From positions 372,001 to 433,167 of the forward strand of contig JASANG010001204.1 of the NCBI GenBank assembly GCA_030248215.1: DNA of 61,167 bases. Reading direction: 5' to 3'. The translations under genes were made by a program, and so were the position numbers. How positions within the stretch are numbered: the stretch's first letter is position 1; every line of letters starts with the position of its first letter. Under the pieces are notes generated by a model. It saw only the letters and a list, made by a program, of their open reading frames with translations, did no database searches and was not told the DNA's origin. This DNA comes from Enoplolaimus lenunculus (lineage: Eukaryota). Positions 40,045-52,225 of this stretch are shown here, piece by piece.

Positions 40045-40658
40045 GGGTGGTGCTCCTACTTTTGATGACGTCCGGCGCCGTCCGTTACTGTCCGTCGCAA
40101 TTCATGTACGATACCGCACGATGACGTACGGCGCTATGTAAGGATGGCGCTATACTTTTGATGACGTCCGGCGGCGTCCGTTATCGTCCGTCGCAATTCA
40201 TGTACGATACCGCACGATGACGTACGGCGCTATGTAAGGATGGCGCTATACTTTTGATGACGTCCGGCGGCGTCCGTTATCGTCCGTCGCAATTCATGTA
40301 CGATACCGCACGATGACGTACGGCGCTATGTAAGGATGGCGCTATACTTTTGATGACGTCCGGCGGCGTCCGTTATCGTCCGTCGCAATTCATGTACGAT
40401 ACCGCACGATGACGTACGGCGCTATGTAAGGATGGCGCTATACTTTTGATGACGTCCGGCGGCGTCCGTTATCGTCCGTCGCAATTCATGTACGATACCG
40501 CACGATGACGTACGGCGCTATGTAAGGATGGCGCTATACTTTTGATGACGTCCGGCGGCGTCCGTTATCGTCCGTCGCAATTCATGTACGATACCGCACG
40601 ATGACGTACAGTGACGGAAGGTGCCGGACAACGCCGTACGACAAGTATAGCACCACAC
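40045..40658. repeat. 96-bp tandem array (5 full units and 1 partial) inside a Harbinger-like MITE
   Basis: The unit GCTATACTTTTGATGACGTCCGGCGGCGTCC...TAAGGATGGC starts at about 40052, 40149, 40245, 40341, 40437 and 40533. The array is bounded by TIR-like GGGTGGTGCT / AGTATAGCACCAC. Confidence 0.95.
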
Positions 40659-42486
40659 TCAAGGGAACACACGAAGATAGCGTTCAAATTTAAGTCTTAA
40701 AGCTAACAATAATATAGCATATTGTATTGGCACTGGAATACCATATCATCTAAAATTCAATACATATTTTCGGAAAAAGTAGAAATAATAATAGAGTAAT
40801 AAAAATGAAAAAAGTTAACAATGTCAGCTTCGGTTAATATTACCTTGACCGGCATACCGTTTTTCTGCTGTACTCTAAAAGAGTAAGGTTAAGCTTAGAC
40901 TAATTTTTTGTCCATGCTTATTCTTAGGCTTGGACCTAGGCTTTAGGCATACGCTTTATCCTACACTGACGTTTCGCGTATGCTAAGGCGTAAGAATATG
41001 CTTATGCTACTGTTACGCCCGTCAAAATAACATTAGCCCAAGCGTCAGTATGACGGAAAATTCAATTTTATAGGCTTAAATTTAAATAAATTCTAACTTC
41101 TAGTTAATCACAATACATATCTTAACATTTTAAAACAATTTATCCTTCAGTGCTACTGTCTAACTGCTAGAATTGTTTCATAACGCAAAAGCAATTATAT
41201 AAGTATAGTCGCCTACGTTATACATGCTTTATAGCGCAAGCGAACTGCAATGTAAATGAGTTAGCAATTTTTTAAAGTTTCCTAAAATACAGCTAAACCA
41301 TTACAAATAGGAAGTGAAACTATTACACGTTTCCAGTAAAACGCAGAGAAAAAATATTAATATGCAACTGCTAAAACTTTGATTACGTTTTAAGCTGTTC
41401 ATACTTATGAATTAACTTCGCAGTATTTTATACTATTAATTTGCATTCGAAAAAAATTGAAAAAATGTTTCCGAAGCCTAATTGCCAGTAAAAGTTTGAG
41501 TTGCAGGGGTATAGCATCGAATTGCGCAGTTGAAATAGCTCATTAAGGCCCGTAAACAACTCAACATGTTACGGGCGACTACAAATATTTCAGGAAGCAC
41601 ACTCAAAGATTTGTCTTGTGTTACAGGCTGGGTGAAAACGTTGTTAACTCGAGGGGGAGGGAAAAAATTTTGTCAGGAGACTCAGTGCCGGTCCGTAACC
41701 CGCTTCAGGCTACGGGTATTATTAGTTCATCTTATACCCAAAATGTAAACAAACAGTGTCGTGCTTTTGAAGAGCCCATAATGCCCGACGAAAATAACTT
41801 CTTGATACAGAATTATATCAATAGGCTTTCAATTGTTTTAATACTTAAATATACTTGTCTTGTTACCCGCTAACACTCACGAAGATAGGTCAAATAGTAT
41901 TTATATGAAAAATACCAATATTTCTTGATTTTGGAAGGGCGCCTTACACTGAGTTTCAATGGAAACCCACAGTAGCGCCGATGCAACGCAAGTTTAATCC
42001 CGCAAAAAGTTGTATTTGCTTGACGAGATGAAACCACTTAGAAAGGACTCACAAACGCCGTTAGACGTAGTAACCAACGCCATGGTTAGAAAAAAATAAA
42101 CCAGCTGACTAATGAATATTTTATTCCAAAATGTTATCATAATAACGGTAATTCTCTAATTGCCAACTGGTTCACGTTCGAACTTTAAATATTAAACCAA
42201 GTTTAGGATAGCCTGCAACTCCAATCGGTCATTGACAGCCGGTGTCATCTATTTTCATTTTTGTTTTATCAGTTAGTGTGAAACGGTATAATTTCGCGGT
42301 GTTGCCTGACCAATACTTTGGGGCCGAAATTGTTGTAAAAACACGACGTGCATTTTTGAAACGGTTGGCACACGGGTTTTCAGCGACAAGGGTCCACAAT
42401 GATTCGTTCCAACTAAATAAGTTTGCCCCTCGATCTCCGAATAAAAGTTTTAGCTCACAGCATGTCAATCATGTACTATCTTCCGC

Positions 42487-42895
42487 GACCCTCCAAGGAA
42501 TTATTAATCCCCTGTTAGACCCTCCAAGAAATTTTTAACCCCCCTGTTAGACCCTCCAAGAAATTTTTAACCCCCCTGTTAGACCCTCCAAGAAATTTTT
42601 AACCCCCTGTTAGACCCTCCAAGAAGTTTTTAACCCCCCTGTTAGACCCTCCGAGAAATTTTTAACCCCCTGTTAGACCCTCCAAGAAATTTTTAACCCC
42701 CTGTTAGACCCTCCAAGAAATTTTTAGCCCCCCTGTTAGACCCTCCAAGAAATTTTTAACCCCCTGTTAGACCCTCCAAGAAATTTTTAACCCCCCTGTT
42801 AGACCCTCCAAGAAATTTTTAACCCCCTGTTAGACCCTCCAAGAAATTTTTAACCCCCTGTTAGACCAGCCAAGAAATTTTTAACCCCCTGTTAG
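42487..42895. repeat. 31-32 bp minisatellite, 13 copies
   Basis: Unit GACCCTCCAAGAAATTTTTAACCCCC(C)TGTTA repeated head to tail with no spacers. Confidence 0.97.
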
Positions 42896-45800
42896 CTCAG
42901 CAGAAGACACAGCTTCATATTAAACGAACATCTGAAATCGAAATACTCGCAAAATACCGTAACACAATTCATGTGCCGAGTTTGCTTGTCCAGACACTGA
43001 TTAATATTCAAAACGCATTTGCATATGACAGCTTTGAAATTTGTTTTAAATAAACGAAATTTAAATTAATTTGAAATTTACGATAGAGGTTAAAACATTT
43101 ACAACTTTATAAAGCTTGAGCCAAGGGCCTATATTTTCAAATATAGCAACTATCAGTTGGTTTTCAAACTCACTATCTATTGTAGTTGTTGAATTCAAAA
43201 TTAGCACATGAGTACAGCAAATCATATGTGACACATGTGCTGAAGTTTGAGCCCAAGCATTTACTGGTTCAAAAGTTACAAACCTTACACCAATTGGTTA
43301 TAGGGGCTAGATTCATTTCCGAATATAGGCTGTGATTGAATGAAAACGAAGCCAGACAAATCACTTACTGTAGTGACCCGAATAAGAGGGGGGCTGATAT
43401 TTATTTGGCCTTTTCAGGGAGTGCCCCCTGTTAATCGGTAACGTAACACCCATCTCTTACCTTCCGCAGCATTTTTGTTGGTTGCCATGTCCGTTATGTT
43501 CTGGCTTCTTTAATATAATTTATGCGGGTAGTTTGTATCTGTGTGTTATATTTTTGAGCAGTCGAACTCAAATTTATTTGGTCCTGGAGTCATTTATGCG
43601 CTACAATTAGAGATAATTGACATTTATGGACTCTAATTAGGGTTTAGGGACTCCATTCGCTTACGGAATCTTATTAAGAATACGGACTCCTATTGATTGG
43701 GACTCAAAATGGGGACCCCCTCTTATTACCCCTCCCTCATTCGGGTCACTACAGTAAGTAAATTTGCCATGTTTGCGATGAGAGCCAAATTTACTAAATA
43801 ATAAATTTATTTTTGCCTTTAAACAATTTAAACGACCATTAAATAAATTACTAGCAGTTAATTCTTGCTTGCGTTATTTATAAAAACATGGCAAAAAATG
43901 AATTGTCAACTGAAGACCAGGGCACATCGTTTTTTTTGCTCCAAAAACTCTGCAATAATGAGTTGTCTACTGTTTCGCAACATTCCCTTGAGACTAATCG
44001 ACACAACCAACAACATAACCGAAAGACCGGGAACAAAAACCAAAATGTGCCACAGTAATGAACGTTCCAATCTGCCGTCAGCTGACAGTGAGTACAAATT
44101 TTCTCACGCATATAACACGTGTTCCAGCATTCGATGCTAAATATTAATAAAACCGTGCAAACACACCTGACGATACTACACCAAAGTCCAGTAATGGGAA
44201 CTGAACCGAAACGATGTTCATTACTCTTAGATTTACTCTTAGGCTTAGGTTTAGGTTTTGCAAAAAGTTTGTCTAATTCTAAGCTCAGTAGCGTTAGTTG
44301 TTCAACTAATATGCAAGCACTATGGGCCTTTATGCATTTTCAAACGTAACACAGTGCAGTTCAACGCAAACGCAAAAATGAGCACATTTAAGTAACACGT
44401 GCGGTGAGTTTCAATTCTGACTGATTTTATTTTTAGGCACTGTAAGTTCGGCTAGTTGTTTATAAATAGAATATGTATACCATACATTCGAATAGTTTAT
44501 ATCTTCACCTCAAAAGAACCACTAAACGATAATTGCTGGTTAGAAAAGTTGGCCGATGAAAAGAACAGGGGCGGAACAGTATTATAAGCATAATTCCTAA
44601 GCCTAAGCCTAAGCGTTAGAATGAGCATATTCCTAAGCCCGAGCCTAAGCCAAGCAAAAAATATTCTAAAGCTTAAACTTACTATATTGCAGTCTCACAG
44701 AAAAACGTTCCGCCCCTGATCTTTACACGGGCCGAAAATCCTTACAAATAGTAATTAATTTTAAGACTACACCTATGTAATTTAAACATAATCATGTTGG
44801 TGTGTCTATTGCGTTCACATACTTCAAGTAACTGTTTAATACAAAAAATCACTTCAGCGCTCTGGCTGGCGGATATAGGAGGGACCACTGACGTCTAGAA
44901 CACCCCCATCAAGGATCAAAACCAAAATTTTGTATTATGATTTAGCACTAAAATTGCATTAAGCTTATTGGTCGCTTCGTTGCGCTAGCTTTTTTACTAT
45001 TTACACGCATCGTCAGGCTTTAGACTTAGAAAAAAGGCAATGCTAATACTTCTCGAGCCATTGTAGATTTCCTAGTGTGCGACCTTTTCTAGTGGCCAAA
45101 GAATTTTAAAGTTTGTTCAATTAAAGTGAATCGAATTGTACAGTATTCCTCACTTCATTTTAGGCTACCAGCAGTATTACAACAAGAACTAAATTTAGCC
45201 GGAACAGGAATAGGAACAAGAATTGAATTTTTATGCAGGAACCGGAACAGGAACAGGAACCGAAATTCAAAATAATTTCCATCAACAAAACCGTAAAAAT
45301 TCCGGTTCCTGCATCTTTGAATGCAGGAACAAGAATAAGAACAGGAATTGAATTTTTGCAGGAGTTCCCTCCGGAACAGGAATTCCGGTTGAAAACTGGC
45401 TACCAGTTATTTGTTGCAGTTAACAGTATACTTTAGCCAGACTCATGTATAGAACAGGGCCGAAACGTTTTCCTGCGGGACTGTAATAGAGTGAGCTCAA
45501 GCTTTTGATTATTTTTTGCTTAGGCTTAGGCTTCAGCTTAGGCTGAGGCTTAGGCTTAGGTGCAAGCTCATCCTAACGCTTATGCTTAGGCATAGGTTAG
45601 GCTTACGCTTAAGAGTAAGCTTGTACAACTGTTCTGGCCATATTTTATACATGGGCCCATTAGGCTGAAATTAATTTGTCAGAAAATGATGACAGCTTTT
45701 ACGACCAGTGCACAGAACAAGATCATAACTGTAATTAAGCATATTCCTAAGCCTAAGGTTACGCCTAGGGCTCCCATTCTCAAATGTGTATAGCAACTAT

Positions 45801-46961
45801 CATTAGTTAATAATAGGTTGGCAAACTTGCTAACAATTACAACTACTGAACTCGAAATAAAGCACAGAAGTAGAGCAATTCAAGTGCAAAAACTGTACTA
45901 AATTTTGACTCTCAGCATGCACTGGACCGAAAGTTACAAGATCTTTCACGAGCTGGTGATAGGTGAAACATGCATTTGAAAATACGGGCCTAGGTTTAAG
46001 CAAAAAATATGTCTAATGCTTAAGCTTACTCTATGGCAGTCCTGCTGAAAAATGTTCCGTCCCTGATGTTTACATGGCTTGTTTTTGCTATGAAATCACT
46101 AAGTATTCTTTGTATTACCAAAATCATTACATAAGTTTTTGTACATTATTATATCGATGTATTTAACTAACAATTTTTGATGAAAGATAACATAAAAGCA
46201 GACCATAGATAATTAATTATAATGCAAGATATCTTGAAGCACCATCACGTGCTTTGTGATCTCAGCGTTGCAATTCTTGCAACCACTTTGACTATTTCAT
46301 GTAATCCGTCGTCATTTCATTTATTTCAAAAATTTTGAACTTTAAACAAAACGAGTTTGTTTCTATTTTTTTACCCTTTTTACGAAACTGAAACTTTGCT
46401 GAGGAAAGCGATAAAACAACATTTTTTTATTTAAAGTCGACGCGACGTATTTTCGATATAACTGAAGACGGAATATTATTTAAGGATGTGTGATTATCCT
46501 GTTTTATATTCAAAGTTAGTGATACATTTATAAATTATTGAACGGGAAGTTGAGTAAAAAATTTGATACAAAATATTTTTTGACTACAAAAGTTATCGCA
46601 ATAATGTTTTAGAAGTTTTTTTGACGCTTTTCTTGTTAGCGGAAAAGATATTATAAATCAATGAATCCGATCATCATTTTGTGAGACAAAAACATTGTCA
46701 AGTTCAGCATCAAAAGTTGGAAACATTGTATGATAACTGATCGTTAATTTTCGGCCAATTTTCGAACATTTGGTTTAAAATTGTTCTACAATTGGCTGTT
46801 TTATTATTTATTTTTACAAAAAAACAGGGTGAAAAATTTATTAATTCTACTAAAATCTTTTCAGATTGCAATTTGGAAAAGTCACAAATGCATATTATTT
46901 TCGTTTCCGTTTTATAAGCATGACAAATAATCAAACCTTATAGCTTTTAAATTGTTGCTAG

Positions 46962-49900
46962 ATGGATCTCAGTGTGGTACTGTTTGTAGCATTAGTCAGT
47001 GCGTTGTGTTTAGTACCAGTAAAATGCTTTACAGCCGAAGAACGCATAAGTAAGCGTAACTTAGTAACCTTTGTAAAACAAGCCACTAAAAGTAGTGAAA
47101 CTGCGCAGGATGCGTAGGTATGATTCCGATCCCATAGCCAGTGCGGAACCATTATGGTTCATTGCCCAGAAATGTTTTGGCCACCCATACAGGCGTTTTA
47201 GCTGCGCCGTAAAAATTATAAATTTTCCGCGTAGCCCCTGGAATGTTGACCTGGCTATAGACCTTGCTAAACGTAAGGACAAACGCAGTATTGTTAGTCA
47301 AATTAGCCCTATGAAAAACTTGGCATTGGGTATGGGATTATGTTATAGTTTAATATTCTATTTTAAACGTAAACATTTTATACAAAACACCTGCTCATGT
47401 AAAGATCATGGGCCGAACGTTTTTCTGCGAGACTGCAATAGAATAAGCTTAAGCTTTAGACTAATTTTTTACTTAGGCTTACGTATAAAAGCTCATTCTT
47501 ACGCTTAGGCTTAGCCTTAGGCTTGGGATTACGCTTAGGAATACACTTATACTACTGTTACAGCTCTGTTCTATACACTGGTCAAAACATCTATAAGTTT
47601 GACTGACGCTAATTATTGTGTGTCAAAGTTTTTTAAAAATAAATCGTTTCAGTTCAACTCAACGGCACAATTCTTCAGTGTCCAGTGCTCCATTGTCCGC
47701 GACATTGCACTTTAAGCATCCTTAATGGATGCCCTCATAACTGCAATTGTGGTCCACCTCCGGTATGTCCTGACATTGTATGCCCTGCACAACCTCCGAC
47801 TTGTACTGTTCATACACTTTTGGACGGTTGCCAACGTTGCGCGTGCGAGATCCCAGTGGTTCCAAGGACAGTAGACCAAGGTCGAAGAATTATTTATGAA
47901 CGAATCAATTCAAAACAAGAATTTGAAAATCAATTGAGCGGTGAGTACAAACGCTTGTGTCGGAAGATGAGCCCATAAGAAACGAGTAAACCAGAGTAAA
48001 CGATTGTCTGCTAAGCAAGCCTTTTCGAAATTACTTGTATGCAGCTAGTTGAAAAAGACACTTTTACATGATTTACAAATAAGTTTGTTGATATTTTAGT
48101 GGTTAAACATCTTTCTCAGCGGTCAATCGTGTTTGACGTAGTACAATCGTTGAATATAATCACGATACGCGCTTGTTTAAGCCCGCTATCGCAAATTAAG
48201 CACTGGACAACATAGGACGATAAGTGTATATGCCGTAGCCCAAGCCGTAATTTAGCCCTATTCCCAATAGAGCTAATCCAGGGCGGCATTACAACTTGAG
48301 TTAGTCCACGGCGTTATTCTTTTTCTGCTACAAGTGCATGCTATGTGATTGGTTACTACACTTAAAATGCCATACTCAAATACTATTACCTGATGTAAAT
48401 ACTCTTTTCTGATTGGCTAAGTAATCGCTACCTGTTGGATACCAAACAGTTTGTTTTACTAAGCTATGTGAAAGCAAGCTAGATTACGACTATGCCTTGG
48501 GCTAGGCCAAGTCGTAATTCCACTTTGGACTAGCCTGATTCGCTGAATTACGAAAAAAATCCAAATTCTAAATCAAATTTGTCAGAGATCGGGTGTCTGG
48601 TATATCAATGAAAAACAACACTTTGGACATTGTATACCCACCCGGGCTACTAACAAAGTATAGCGCGTTTTACTATATTAATACAAAGCGTAACAACCTA
48701 AATGTTTATTTTATAACCGAGATAATTCAAAATAAACGTAAATTAGCCCTTTTTCCCATGAATATTTTCTACTTCATTTGAAATCTGATTTTACGCTGTT
48801 ATTCGAACTCCGCAGACTGGAGTAGGAAGCGTTCACTATCACCTCTCAGCTCTTAGACTATATATGTACACTATAGTGACCCGAATACAAGAGGCGTAAT
48901 ATGAGGGGGTCCTGGGTTCCGTAGTTGAATAACACGGGCAGCCCTCAGGAGAGTCAAAATAAATACCAGTCCCCCTCTTATTCAGATCAGTACACTACGC
49001 TTTGTAACTATTCAGCACTGAGCACTGTATATTACATATTTTATGTATATATATACAGATTGCGCTGATTTGCTAATAGTCAACTCTATGTAAGAAAGGG
49101 CTTATAGATAGTATTTGAAAATTTTTTTTTTCAGTTAAAATATTTAATATTCATAAAATTTCACCTTATACGTATTAATATATACTTTCAGAAGCAAAAC
49201 AACAATTTAGTACGTTCCCTCCAATCGGTGTACCGTTTCAAAGTTTTCCACCAGCATCAATTGAGTTTGACCTTCTGTCACCAAATCAGCTTCCTGGCCG
49301 CACCATTCCACCAGCAACAGCAACACCTGCGCCAGCAGCCATACCCCCATCTAGAATATTTACTTTACGATTTGACAACGCTGTTTTCCAAAGACAAAGT
49401 ACGCCTCGTCCGTTAAGTATCCCTCAACCTAGCGCCAACACAGTTGGTCCAACTCGCGTTCAGTTTATTCGCTTTCCAGGTCAAGAACCGGCCCAGTCGC
49501 GTGTGGAATGGATACGATTTCCTGTTCATAAACCAAACAGCGCTACGTTTTTAGATTTTTCGCCAGTTACCATCTCGACCGCATTAGAATCAGAACGTCG
49601 ATCTGAACTTTTAAATGCCAAACCCGCTGACGCTACATCTCAACTGAAACCTGGAACTCGAATTGAATTTCAACAAGACGCTCGACCCCAGTATCGACAA
49701 GCTGCCAAATTGGACTTAAATCGAATTCCGAAGAAATTTATTGCGTTCAACACGACTCGGGTCAAGTCAGTCGAACCACAGATCTCAACGAACAGTTCTC
49801 AACTTGAGTTTGCTCGGTCAAAAACTGACCACCTGAACGCGTCAGGCCTACAAACACTGCCGTCTACGCGTAGGTCGCGGCCGTCAAGAAGTCCTTCAAA

Positions 49901-51928
49901 ACAGACGTCGGGTATTGCAGAAACGCCGTCAACGTTTGTAAACCCTACACTCGCAGCGTTTTTGTCACCCGAAGTCACCACTCTGCGGCCTGCTTCAGCG
50001 GCGACTGTGCCTTTACAATTTGGTGAACATTATTTAAGCAACCCTTTCACGGAACGTAATACACCATCCGGAACCCAGTTGACATCCATGTTAGCATCCG
50101 GTAGTAATTTCGTTTCGAATAATATAGTAAAAACTTCGACACCTGTTGGATTATGGACTTCAAATTCGTCCGGCAAATGTTCACAGAAATACCGACACCG
50201 TATTGATAGACAGTTTGCACGATTTTACCGTGAAATTAGTGGACACGAAGCGTCACGTATTGTGGATAATATCCCACTGCCGATATTATATAAATATAAT
50301 GCGCGTGAGCTTGAACAGTTGTGCGTTTGGTACTCACGTGCAGTACGTGCAATTGGAACAAGTGCAGTTCACGCATGCTATGGCGCATATGAACCGTTTG
50401 ATGCAATATTTTATTCATTTAATTACGCGTGTGATTTAGAAACGAAAGAATTTTTTGGACTGTAAGTTGAAGTTGAAAATTCAACCTACCCGGCTAAATA
50501 TTTCAACCGCTGAACTTAAAAAAAATTTTTAATCCTGAATTGACAAAATATCTTACGGTGGGCAAATAATGTTTAGCTCATTCGTTCGATGCTGTCTTAA
50601 TATTTGAAACATCAAAATTTTGTCATTATATTTGCACCCTTGGGTCATTTCTTAGGCAACGCTCGTTCGCGTGTAAATACAAACAATTGTGTCTCTCTGT
50701 GTGTCGAAACTGGCTTTTAAAAAACGCACAAAACCAATTTTAGCATTTTTGTTGAAAATTTAATGAAAAAATATTAACCAACTTTTCGAAAGCCAGCAAT
50801 CCGCACTGCGAGCGATATTTTTAACTGCGACTATATTTGATAGACGTAACATAAACGGATATTTAAATTTAAAGAAAGTAAACTGAAATTTTCTCCATTA
50901 ATAAATGTCCCAACAACCGACGTTTTGTCATTGTCTAAAACTTTGAAACGCCAGAATTTTAAAAAATAACATATAATGGCTGGGTTTCTGAAACCCTACT
51001 ACTAAAGTGCAACTTAGTAGTTAGGTACGTGCTAAGTAATTACTTAACGAATTTGTCGTTTTTTAAAGCGTACTTAAGCTAAGGAAGTACTTAAGGTACT
51101 GACTAAATTTAATAGATTGCAAATTTACCATTCAGGCACACTAACCTTAGTCTAATTGAAATTGTAGACTCACGGTGCGTTCTTATAAAGCAAAACTATT
51201 ACTTTCTTGTTATGGCAATGGCTGACATTTGGCATTTATTTGATTTTGCTCAAAATCTAAGTATTTACTTAAAGCCGTCAACTTAAATATTTACTTAAGT
51301 ATAACTTAAGTAAATTCTTAAGTAAGATTTCGTTAACCCAGCCATTACCGTTTAAAGACAGTAATTGAAAATCTATTTTTCAATTAATAAATCTTACACT
51401 TTTTCAAGCATATTAATTGTATTCAATCGGCAGTATATTCGCAGTCAGATTTCGGAAACTTGGCCATTACCGTTTAAAGACAGTAATTGAAAATTAAATT
51501 TTAAATTAATATATCTCTCTTATACCTTTTTCAGGCATATTAATTGTATTCAATCGGCAGTATGTTCGCAGTCAGATTTCGGAAACTTAGCCATTACCAT
51601 TTAGACAGTAATTAGATAATTAAATTTTAAATTAATATATCTCTCTTATACCTTTTTCAGGCATATTAATTGTATTCAATCGGCAGTATATTCGCATCAA
51701 ATATCACACTGCCAACAAATTCCGTCAACGTTGCCAAAACACACCGATCGTCGAGATTTAATCTGCAAATTGTATCAACATTATTTGCGTTGCGTTCAAG
51801 ATTTTCTACTGAAACAATGCGGCCGAACAGCGCTGTATATACAGTACGATGTGATGAAATTTCAAGTTAAACAGTACAATCCAAATTGTACAGCAGGGTT
51901 AAATGATTACGATGGTCCGAATTTGTGA
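46962..51928 (+). CDS. Secreted protein: signal peptide, Cys-rich (antistasin-like) module, P/S/T-rich linker and C-terminal DUF19-like domain; 4 exons, 637 aa
   Basis: Phase-consistent exons 46962-47049 (MDLSVVLFVALVSALCLVPVKC signal peptide), 47653-47940 (CPVLHCPRHC...GCPHNCNC; CPDIVC...GCQRCAC), 49192-50461 and 51661-51928. The C-terminal Cys pattern YAC...FFGLHINCI...C...ICKLYQHYLRCVQDFLLKQCG...PNC resembles DUF19. Confidence 0.8.
50978..51343. mobile_element. MITE with TACTTAAG subterminal repeats
   Basis: TIRs GGCTGGGTTTCTGAAA / TTTCGTTAACCCAGCC with AAT/ATT flanks, located in intron 3 of the secreted-protein gene. Confidence 0.7.
51325..51695. repeat. Three tandem units of about 125 bp containing the exon-4 splice acceptor
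   Basis: Units start at about 51325, 51447 and 51574. Each ends in TTTTCA(G/A)GCATATTAATTGTATTCAATCGGCAGTATRTTCGCA. Confidence 0.9.
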
Positions 51929-52151
51929 TGCTGTACCCTTTTTCATTAGTACACAACTTGGTTTGAAACTTTAGCTACTCTCTAAAAACTTATACGTAAC
52001 CCGTTAAATCATAGAGTATACTATGAGCAACTAAATACAAGTAATATATGAGCTATATTGATACTGCGAACAGTGTTTAACAATTGTAACGATATATGTG
52101 CAGTGCAAAATCTCTACAAGACGTGAGAGCACCATCGGGCTCGAGCGTCAA

Positions 52152-52225
52152 GCTGCAATAGCTGAGTGGACATCGTAAACGCCTCCCACCCGAGAAACTG
52201 GGGATCGAATCTTACCGTGAAACTG
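52152..52225 (+). other. Degenerate tRNA-like Pol III head (SINE relic)
   Basis: A-box-like TAGCTGAGTGG and B-box-like GGATCGAATC at tRNA spacing, with no intact cloverleaf. Confidence 0.4.

Larger units (their letters stand above)
33905..47585. mobile_element. Cluster of about 190-bp MITEs carrying internal TTAGGC tracts
   Basis: Consensus TIRs GGCCCATGTAAAGATCAGGGGCGGAAC / GTTCCGCCCCTGTTCTATACATTGGCC surround (TTAGGC)n. Copies in both orientations lie at about 33905, 34860, 35160, 36697, 37135, 37476, 37791, 39638, 40840, 44551, 45440, 45715-46080 and 47392, and also at about 54540-54688. Confidence 0.8.

Noticed and set aside
40045..42895. CRISPR-like appearance of the 96-bp and 31-bp arrays
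   Set aside because: The repeats are head to tail with no unique spacers, there are no cas genes, and the context is eukaryotic.
43865..44087. Possible upstream exon of the secreted-protein gene (ends in a GTGAGT donor)
   Set aside because: It could be a 5' UTR exon, but the sequence alone cannot link it, and the model is complete without it.
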